In this document: one piece after another, positions 53,600 through 64,000 of the stretch
Position numbering within the stretch: the first letter of the stretch is position 1
How the letters are laid out: each line of letters opens with the position of its first letter
Assembly: GCF_000150275.1 (NCBI RefSeq)
Contig: NW_002060947.1
Span: forward strand, 1,849,740-1,913,739
Length of the DNA: 64,000 nucleotides
Direction: 5' to 3'
Source: Trichoplax adhaerens
Lineage: Eukaryota; Animalia; Placozoa
Translations under genes and position numbers: made by a program
The notes under the pieces: model-generated
What the model saw: the letters and a program-made list of their open reading frames with translations, nothing else
What the model was told of the DNA's origin: nothing
Database searches by the model: none

Positions 53600-56500
53600 A
53601 TGTCAAATCAAATAATGAAATCAACTTCGTCCTTTTCTGTCACTAATTTATTGTCGGCTAGCGAAAATGATGTCAGTAATCAATCGTCTGATGATGAAAA
53701 ACAACCTAGTTTGATGGCGAATCATAGTCACACCAATGGAGCAACAACAATGGCGACAGCTGCTGCAGTTGCTGCAGTTGCTGCAGCTGCAAATGCGAAT
53801 GGTGGTAGTAATCATCGTCATCATGTTAACGCTACAAACACAAGCCATAAAAAGGGTGCTGCTACTTCCACCACACCAGCATCCAATAATCGTAATCAAA
53901 ATATCGATTCCGATGCTAATGTTAAAGTCAATTTGTTAGATATCGATTTATGGAAACGATTTCGAAAATTAACCAACGAAATGATCGTAAGTACAAAATC
54001 AATCTAGGGATTATTGGACACAGATTCAATGATCCAGTGGTTATCATTCCTGTTGCATGCATAGAATAGCCTCGATCTCTGCACACATAGGGGGGAAAAA
54101 AATTCATATAGCAATAATCAATATTTAATGCGCGTGGATCAAGTTTTATTTTTTATATCGTATATCTTAATTACTTTATCTAATCAGTCGTCGTTCATGT
54201 AACTTAGTTGTCATGGTAGGACAGAAACAAGTTGAAAATTATGTTTTACTATCAATTTTCTTTTTTTCTTTTTGATGCAGTCAATACCTTATTTTGAAGG
54301 CCTTATTAATAATTTTATTTCTTCAAATCATGATTGATTGATTGATTGATAGTATAGAATGAAATGCGCTACATTTTTCCAATCATTTCTGTACATTACA
54401 TTATTGACCTGATCTTATACAGTGTAGATACAAATTGATCTTCGACCAAGCGTCTCCTGATGCCCCCCATCGGCACTTCGAACCCATCTACGGATTTAAC
54501 ACATTCAAATGATAGACAGTAAAATTGAATCTCGACCAGACACTAAATTACGGGGAGTGCATAAATTTAAATTAGATTAAATTACCATAAAGAATGCTTG
54601 ATATTGATTTTCCCAAAGAAACGGAGTTTCTTTCTATCTCATTTATACTTTAAACTGTTGGTAGTAGTCGTAGAGCCAATAATGTTCATCGTTATTGACT
54701 TTCTATTCGTATATTGAAGTGAATTGTCAGAAGGAAAGAGTACTATGGCTTCAAATTCAACTCGATTGAACGTAAACAGCAGGAATTTCCTTCTAGACAT
54801 TTTACTTGTAAGCAACATTCGTGTTATATCCTCTTATGGACAAACAAGTCATACCCTGCCTCGAGAGCGATAGTGAAAAGATATTGATGTAAAGACTGAA
54901 ATTTTACCATACTACTCTTCTACTTTATAGTAAGATAATCCGATCCGTTTAGAAATGGATTTTGTGGCCAAGCTGGCCTATGATCTTTTTTGATCCTTAA
55001 TTAATTGAGCCTAACATGCTTGGCATGCAGATTAAAATGGTCAAATATTTTTCCAAGATCTATTCGGTAATCTACTTAGAAGGGAGAAAAGTTGCATATG
55101 AATAGTCCATGAAAATGGATACTATTGTGGTCAATACAAGTAACAATTTCTTCTTTCGCTATCTATTTCCTGCCGTATAAAGATAATTGAGCAGGCAATA
55201 AAATAGAATTGATGAAGTTCTTAATGCCTGAAGGCGTCATGTTATCCTCTGCCAACTTACTCTATATACCATATTGCATTATAAGTCAATGATTGCGATA
55301 ATGAAAGGAATTGGCCACAAGAGAATAAATAGCAAGGGTAGAGATTAAAACAATTCAATCAGGATAGATAAAAGATTACTCAATAATTGGTCTATAGCTT
55401 CCCATTTCTTAATTATATTCATACCCTGAAACAGACGTTGCTAAGGGATTTGAAAAAGGAGGAAGGGATCGCAAAATATTCATGCTAAGATACAACGTTT
55501 TACCAGCTTGAACGATGAGTTACCAGCTGAATGATGAATTTAAAAAGCAGTCTATTTTAATTTTTTATTTGTCGAGCGAGGGAGCTAAAGTAATCCTTTG
55601 CTTTTTAAAGAAATCTTATCGAGATTCGATCTTAATCTTTTTATTCCAGCTTATGTGATTATAGATAATCACCTTTAAGCAGGCAATTAGTCATCATCCG
55701 AAGCTTCCATCTTACATAGAATGAAAAGAATTATTCATCATCATTAATCACTTTTATCCTTTGCATTACGTTGGCTTAATTGATATGTCTTGCCAGACTT
55801 GAGAAAGAAAATTCCAATCTAGAACTCTAATTTTACATTACTTTACTAAAACATTAAGGATAGCTTTGATAGAATCCGTATTGCTAATGGGAAAGATAAC
55901 TATCAATCACCTAGATAGCGATAGCCAAAAATTCAATTACGTGACTTAATTAATGAATCAAAATTGACGACCATAATTGTTATTATTCTACTTACCATGA
56001 TATTCAAAAATGAGAGTCTGTCCTAGACAGAAAGGTAGGACGTTAACGGTTGTTTGGAGTCTGGACTGTAGTTCAAGGTATCAAGGTCATAAATGGATTA
56101 TAATTTTCCACTTCCAATGTAAAAGAATAGAAAGATAAAATTTATAGTTGTACAAATACAACGGTAAGAAATGCGTAGAAATTCTATCTATAGAGGAAAG
56201 TTTAATTAAAATTACATACTAAATTGAAACAATTAAGCCATCTATGGTCATACAAAGGTTTAACCGCCTTGAATCAAGTTTGTGTATTGTTTCATGCAGT
56301 AAGCTCAACATTGTCGATGTGGGCAATATTGTAATTAAATTAAAATTGTAACAATTGTATAATAGCCATTACTATGATTAGAGAGGGGAAAAAAGTTATT
56401 ATCCTCATTTCAATATCACTTAGTGGATCGAATTGAATTTGATCGAGCCAAAACGATAGTATCGGCCAAGCAGGGTTTCAATGATAGTTTATAAAATTGA

Positions 56501-59500
56501 TCATGATGGATGTTATGGGCTTGCGATCACCAATTAGCATTATTTCATAGGGCTAAGCACCCTTTTCGCGTTAAGGAATCTGTATTGATGTGCGCATGAG
56601 AAATAATATTCAAATTAGACCAAGAGCACAGGGAATATTTAGTATTTCCTAAATTATTTCATTTATTCAATTGATGCAAGTTCTATTCTTAATCAAAATT
56701 CATTTCCTTTCCAATTTCCGTATAGAGAAACATGAATAGATTGCCTTATGCGAAAATATCAAAATCACATTAATAATTAATCAAGGGAACATTCAATAGT
56801 CTCCAAATCATTTGATTATTAATTTGATGCAGGTTCCATTGCTAATCAAAATGGATGATTTATTACTGATTGACTTCTATAACTTTTAGACTTGTGCCTT
56901 TAGACGGTTCAAGACCTAAATCGAGTTTAATAGGGTAGACTAAAGAGAATCTTATCTACGTACAAAAAGGATTATAGTCATAGCTAAGGCCAATTTCAAC
57001 TTACACCTTAAAAATTGAATAATTAAAAATATTAGGGAAGAAGATCTACTTGCTACTTTACTCCATTGTTTCCACATCACCGATGATAATTTAGGATCAT
57101 TGTCTAAGTGTAATATCATCTATCTGGCCTTCTATGTACACACTCTAGTCAAGAAATCGAATTTGCTGTCCCTATTTCGAGCTAAGCATAGTATTACTAG
57201 CAGCCGATTTTATTGCTAAAGTACGCTAGAACTAGATTAGGACTGTATTGATTTTATAACTTAATTTACGCCAGATCGGAATCTTAAGGAATAGTGAGTT
57301 AATCTCATCGCCTTATTTTTAATTTTGAATGCGGTCTATGCGATAAATACATCGACGAGATTCGATGGAATTCTAACGATTAATTTGTCAAAATTCTGTC
57401 TAAAGATGACACGGTCCAGCCGGTAAAATAGTGTACTTTAAGAAGACTGTTTTGTTTATCTTCTTGTCCATTTGATCATCATGCATGTCTTATATTTATC
57501 CATCCTGACCTAGGTGACTAACAACTGACTTTTAACTAAGACCCTATCTTTCTTAAAGGGGCCTTTCGAAATAAAATTGCTATCCATTCGGTAGAACAGT
57601 ACCATAATATTTCGCTACCGCATACAACTACCCCAATTGTAATTTTGAATACGTTATTACATCCAGATATTATTGATTTAATGCCATTCTCTAAGCGAAT
57701 TTATCATAGGAGAAGGAATACTGAAATCACTCCAGAGTGATTCTAAATACTAAATCCTTATTTAGAAAATGATTTTTATAATTAGACGCCCGCGCGACAA
57801 TATTTTAAAAGAAATAATCATGCAAAAGTCGCAATCGTTATGAAGGTTATCAATAGGAGAAAAGTTTAGTCATAGCTATTTTTCTCATTTATCTTGTAGA
57901 TGTTAGAGAAAACAGTAGGTTAAGATACTGTCTTGTTGAATTCGATAACAGTATCGGCGATAGTTAACAAATCCGATAGTCCAATGTATTATTATGAAAT
58001 ATTCAAGTATTTAGTCATGGATATTGATCAAGTTAAGAAATCAATAGGTTGTTTTGCATTGATTTCACCTGTCAATGTTTTATGAATTCATGAACAACAC
58101 TTTTTCTTATTTTTACTATAAGTTTATTTTTAGTATTCTTGGAATTGATGCTTTCCTATGATAGTACCGTAAATATCTAACGAGTACTTTTTCTTCTTTG
58201 CTTTCTGCCGCGCCATCATTTCTATGTCAAATGGATGGATATTCTAATCCTACTTAGGTGACCAAATCGGGCAGGTGAGTTCATTTATAGCATAGTAATA
58301 ATAATCGAATACAAGTCCATTCTATTCAAGTTGCAATACAATTGGTCTTCTTTCCTATTATTTCCTTATTATTATTTTCCAATAATTTAGTCGTACTTTT
58401 TTTCTATCATTTGACAAATTGCTAATTGCTACTCTTGGCGTTGAGTAATGATGTTATTAAAAAACTCGATGTCTTATTTTAGTATTGTTTTTCTTTTATA
58501 CAGCAATCTTACAGTAGATTACATCATAACAAAGTAGATCTTCAACATAACATTTACAGTAAATCGACCAGAAAGGTAGAATAACATTGCCAAAAGGATC
58601 AGATTTATTCTATCTTTATAATGTGGAAGTAAATAATTTCAATTTCAATTTCAATCCTTTGTAGCCACGTTTAGTATTGATACAAATGACAATATTGTAG
58701 AAAATTCACCTCTATTCCATAAGCTCTTTATTCCTTTAGTATCTAATTTGAATGCAAACCTATCACGATCTTGTGGTCATACAATGAATTGAAAATGATT
58801 TCATTTTTTCTATATTAAATTATTTTCTCTTCATCTAAACGACCATCTTAATAGTATTGCCAAGTAGGATTATATTAAGATATTGGAAGTAAAATTGGTC
58901 GTAGACTATTGTAACTATGACTTTAATGCCATTAAAACAGAGCAAGTAAATATCACACCGGTTTATTACAGGTCGATATCAATAAATCAAAGTAAAATGT
59001 ACCGTATTTAGTAGCCAAAATTGACGAATATTTAAGTTTGTCATATTAGTAAGTAAAATTTGAAGTAATTTTAAACTACTAATATTGAATAAATAAATAA
59101 AATTAATCTATAATTAATCATATTGAGATTATTCTTGCCGTTGATTTTAGTCTTAATACTGTAAGTTATTTTACTTTCATCGTTAATAAAATTAGTAAGC
59201 AAGTGGGTGGAATGGCACAGTATTTAAGCGAGGGTTTGCATCATAAGTTTTCCATCTATCGTTTAATGAAGTAAATCTTGCAATGCCAAATAATGTCCAT
59301 GCTTAAGTGTTCTATTTAATTTGCGATAGATGCAGTAACAGTTTCATTTTATGACAAGAGTAAATAAATCTCAGTGAGATTAAACTAGTACAAATGATGA
59401 TACAGTTTGTATGTTGGATATTATAGATGACCGTAGGTGTTAAACTGCTCTATTGTAATCTTTCGACTACATACCGCAGGAATTTTACGCTAGCAGATGT

Positions 59501-62500
59501 AGTAAGCAATCAATATTCGATATTGATGAAATTTAATAGCATTGCAAGTGTTGCTTTTATTAGTAATACTGATAAAGTTACTGAAGCCTTCAACGACTGC
59601 AATATTGAATATCAGTCTTAGCTTCATGCGTTTAACCATTCTAGCATTTAGATAGTTTATAATTTGCAAACTTTAATGTGTATTAATCACTGGATAGTGG
59701 TAACTTCCTGATCAAATTTTAATCCTATAGTAGGAGAATTTATGATAACTTTTTAATTGGAACATGATTATACCTACTCTTCATTTTCTTCAATGAAATA
59801 AGAAATCAATTATAGCATTATTACTGATATTATAACAAAAAGTGGATTGATTCATTATTTGCATTGCATTGAAGACAATGATTACTTCCAAGTTGCATCC
59901 AATACTAAATTTCATTTTTGTATGCTTAATGTATAACGGTCGCTATTAATTGCGCTATCGACAAGCAACAATCTCTATATTATGTAGCGATATTATTCAA
60001 TTAGTAAAATGGAATAGTAACAATTGTTTTCAATTCGTCTACTGATTAATTTCATAGAATAGCGTAATATTAAAAAGCTGAAATTTCTTGTAATATTACA
60101 AGATGAAATAATAATTACTGGTATTAGCTATATCAAATATGATCCAATATGATTAAGGATTACCATACAATCTTATCTCTTCATCTTATATGAATAACGT
60201 CGGCAAAATTGAACTCCATTTCACGATTTATTATTGCAATTACCGAGAAATGTGCGATATCTATATACGTTTTTTTAATTAAAGTCGATACTATAACTAT
60301 TGGAATCTTAAGATTATGCCTATGTCGCTTTTTAAGCCATTAGAAAATTTTATTACACCTTATTAAATAACCATTACTCGATTCAGGTTGAAATTCTTTC
60401 ACAGACATGAATAAGTCGCTGGATGACACATTCACTAATTATAGCTTTAAAAAGAGCTTAAAAACAATTAATTAGTTTACTTATAAAATTTGAAATCAGA
60501 AGCTACGTACAAGCAATATCGCCAATGATTTCCTTCAGCTGGTAGCCAATGTTTCAAATAAATTGTATAAATTGTTATAGGCAAAGTTTGAATTCATATG
60601 CAACTATTATCTTCAATCTATTGAAAAACTTCACCTGCTCAGTTTCGACTTTGACCTATATTTCACCATAATGACAGTGGATTATATTCATCAGATAGGC
60701 ATGATAATGTTGTTTTATAATATTACTATTGTCATAATGTATTGGATTAATCGTTATATCTTTTTCCTTTTCTAGACGAATGTTTCCTATACTCAAAGTT
60801 CAAATAAGTGGTCTCGATCCCCATGCAATGTATTCATTCTTGTTAGACTTTGTAGCCGCTGATAATCATCGTTGGAAATATGTTAATGGTGAATGGATTC
60901 CTGGTGGTAAGCCGGAACCTGCACCACCAAGTTTCGTTTACATCCATCCAGATTCACCTAATTTTGGATCGCATTGGATGAAACAACCAGTTTCATTTTC
61001 GAAAGTAAAATTAACCAATAAATCAAATGGCGGCGGCCAGGTTGGTTTATATAATATCATCTTCTACTAATGTGATGACAACTTTTGATTGCCATCCTAT
61101 AAAATTAGAGATCGAAGCAAATGTAGATTAGATTACGCCTTGTTCATACTAGGACTAGGGATGTTTTATTATTCAATTTGCTGGGTGCTCGCTCTGTACT
61201 ATATGGATCGGTCCTTTTTTTCTAGCCCTTCTACACAATCAATATTTTGTTTTCATATACTGATAAAACCGAAAAAATTCGTAGATATCCGTCGTCAATA
61301 AATACACAAAGATTAACAATTCCCTAATATTGAACAACTCGATATGCGCAACGATTTTTGGTTGCATTGAACGATTTTTATCTATTGAATTTTTATCCAC
61401 CATCCTAAAGTTGCAATTTTAATGCCAGCTGACATGAAAACAAAGGCTACTATTACGGATTTTACGTAGTTCAATTATTGTCTTTGCTATTTGTGTAAGT
61501 AATGTGCAATTACCAAAGTCAATTAATATATCATCGACCCTGATAATTTCATTACTGACATGAAATCGCTCTTAGGCGCTTTCTTTTCAACGATTTAATA
61601 ACCTTTAAACGAAATTTAAAACTGTCCAATTGACTTCATTTGTTTCAATAGTCATTTATTAAAGATTGGTTATTATTTACTCCACTTTATTTAGCATTTA
61701 ATTCTGTCAGTAGAATCAGTCCTTTTCGTTACTGCCGTTTGTTTCTAGATTTTTCCAGAAAGATAAATGATGAATTCAGAGAAAAGGTTAATTTGTACGG
61801 TCTAAGAGATAATCGATCTGCATTAATTTATTTATTCGAAAATGATTCACACTAAATTAACAAGAAATTATTTTCCATTCGCTCGACGTTTTCTACTAAC
61901 TATTTCGTTTTATGGGCGTATATTATATTCAGAGGACGTAGTTCTAAAAGCCAATGCAGTCATTACACTACTATGCCTATAACCAATGCTATGTAACTGT
62001 AAAATTATATCAAAATATTCAAAGTAAAAAATTGAATTTTTGAGTTATAGGTTACTATAATAGATATGATAAGTATTATCTCCGGTATACGTACGTTTTC
62101 TTTTGTAAAATTATGCCTTGCGGCAATATTGTCTATGATATATTCTGCCAATGTGGTATATTGCAGAATAATAGACATGATACTTTCATTTTACATCTAA
62201 AATGCTACATCACTAAATTATCTAGATTTTGTTAAACAATTTATTTATTCATGCCAGGAATTTAGATGGTTGTGTAGACATTTGCTAAATATATAATTCA
62301 GAGTCTCATTGTGATATCGTATTCGAATGACAAACTCTGTGATATGCATACCAATTTTAAGCGACTTACTTTCTTACTATTCGATTATATCATTTTTAAT
62401 TGTACATTGTCTATTGCTATTTACTCAAAACTAATTTGTAGAGAAAATCCTCACTCCGGATTTCTAACATTATTACCGATGCAGTAGATAGTAGGCACTG

Positions 62501-63973
62501 GTAAAAATGTTCACCTTTAAATGCGGTCGATTTATGATTTTGACTTAGAATAGAAATCCTTTGGCATTTGACAGCTATATACCGTATCGATTCTACGAGT
62601 ACAAATAAAAATGGAATTAAAAATTAGTTATATAACTTACAAATATCAGCCATCTATTAGCCCTTGAAACACCCAAATTCGATAGTAGCAGTTCATAATC
62701 TTTAGCATTTAACAACAGTACAACTCATCTTAATGCTTGAAGAGCATTAAGCACCAAACTGTATATTTCCAACTTGATCATATTGTAACTAGCTCGCATA
62801 TGTAAGCATACGAGTATCTTATCCGCAACACTTAAGATACAGCTTAGATCTGTTGTACTTCTATCACATATGTATCCATGCAAAATTTTTGAAGATATCT
62901 AACTTTAGTCCTTTGTTATTCGTTTATAATTTATTTTTTTTCTAATCAGGAATGTTTTATTTATTCGTAATCGACTTTTCACTCTGCACGTATTTCTTTC
63001 ACTTTAATTACTCAAGTGATTATTACCAAATTCTAATGATATCTTTTCTTGCGGCAAAGATTATGCTAAACTCATTGCATAAATATGAGCCTCGGCTGCA
63101 CATTGTTAAAGTTGGGTCATCTCCAGATTCCGATAAAACAATTACTGCTCATTCTTTCCCTGAAACTCAATTTATTGCGGTGACAGCCTACCAAAACGAA
63201 GAGGTATGTTAATTACTGATATTTCGAAATGACCAATCATTTCCCTTATCGCCATGCTCCTTATGCCTGATTTCAACTAATGAATGCTAGAAAGTGATAT
63301 TAATTTATTAACTATAAAGTAAAGCAGTCGAGATTACATTTGTGACGGGTATATTTCTGACCTGCTCGCCATTTTTAATACTGGTATTTTTATATAATTA
63401 AACTTTGAGCTATATAGTTACTAACCCTTCGATATTATTATTCCTTCAAGATTACCGCCTTAAAAATCAAGTATAATCCTTTCGCTAAAGCGTTCTTGGA
63501 TGCCAAGGAAAGGTAAATGACTGCCTAGTTAAATAATAAATTATTGCTATCTTGACTTCAGACTATTTATACTGCACAAGAGTTAAAAAAACTAATTATT
63601 GAATCTATTAATTAAAGTACCAGAAATAGATATTGTTATGGTGCCGTAGTAATCAGCGTCTTTGTAATCCTAATAACCACGGATAAACGAAAATTTCTTT
63701 AGCTAATTAAGCATATATATGTAGTGTAGATATAGTTTATGCGTATTTCTGAGCTTTAACATATAAAAATGTCTAGAATATATCTTGATTTGTCTAAATT
63801 TACATCTTATAAAACACAATAGACTTAGATCTTCCAAAGCTAATGCAGAACTACAAATATATTGTAGAAAATTTAAAAAAAGGGGAATTTTATTTCTATT
63901 AAAAATAGAGCTGAGCAAAAAGAAGCTGAAGAAAAGAGCCATGAATTGAGAGCACCTGCATATCCACCTCACT
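53600..63973 (+). CDS. TBXT: Brachyury (T) T-box transcription factor, 3'-incomplete. Exons 53600-53986, 58258-58274 (microexon), 60776-61040, 63060-63203, 63451-63512, 63909-63973
   Basis: [27 protein letters not shown]...[20 protein letters not shown]...[26 protein letters not shown]...[16 protein letters not shown]...[50 protein letters not shown] and AFLDAKER are Brachyury-subfamily diagnostic. Confidence 0.96.
58258..58274 (+). CDS. TBXT: 17-nt microexon of Brachyury encoding V-T-K-S-G-(R)
   Basis: ctaat (branch-like)...cctacttag|GTG ACC AAA TCG GGC AG|gtgagt. It supplies exactly the missing conserved residues and converts the phase-0 donor at 53986 to the phase-2 acceptor at 60776. Confidence 0.93.
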
Positions 63974-64000
63974 GTAAGAGAAAATTATAAAATTATATTC

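Noticed and set aside
57510-57530. cctag|GTGACTAACAACTGA resembling the start of the VTK microexon
   Set aside because: It runs into TGA and has no donor at the right distance; the 58258 exon fits perfectly.
32700-60360. Scattered T-box half-sites (TNACACCT at ~32704, 33045, 57001, 60353) as autoregulatory elements
   Set aside because: They are few and dispersed, near chance expectation, and no palindromic Brachyury site was found.

Overview
AT-rich, intron-dense animal nuclear DNA with GT-AG introns of mostly 70-150 nt. The compact layout suggests an early-branching metazoan, possibly a placozoan (inference only). The left 30 kb holds five genes reconstructed by hand: ATP synthase OSCP (ATP5PO, -), ESCRT-III CHMP2B (+), a long-form intersectin (2xEH, coiled coil, 5xSH3, DH-PH-C2; -), MRPS6 (-) and an unrecognised 11-exon gene (+). 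A ~24 kb stretch with no recognisable gene follows, then a Brachyury T-box gene (+) that runs off the window end. Main observations: (1) the Brachyury T-box is only complete with a hidden, frame-shifting 17-nt microexon (58258-58274) between kb-scale introns. (2) A family of small TIR elements with CAT(A/G)GAC termini, an internal GACAGACGGAC motif, further shared modules and TACTG repeats is concentrated in the upstream regions of the housekeeping genes. (3) ATP5PO, ITSN and MRPS6 are also neighbours on human chr21, suggesting very old microsynteny. (4) TCF/LEF and TGACA motif clusters lie upstream of Brachyury. All motif counts were done by eye and no searches were run.
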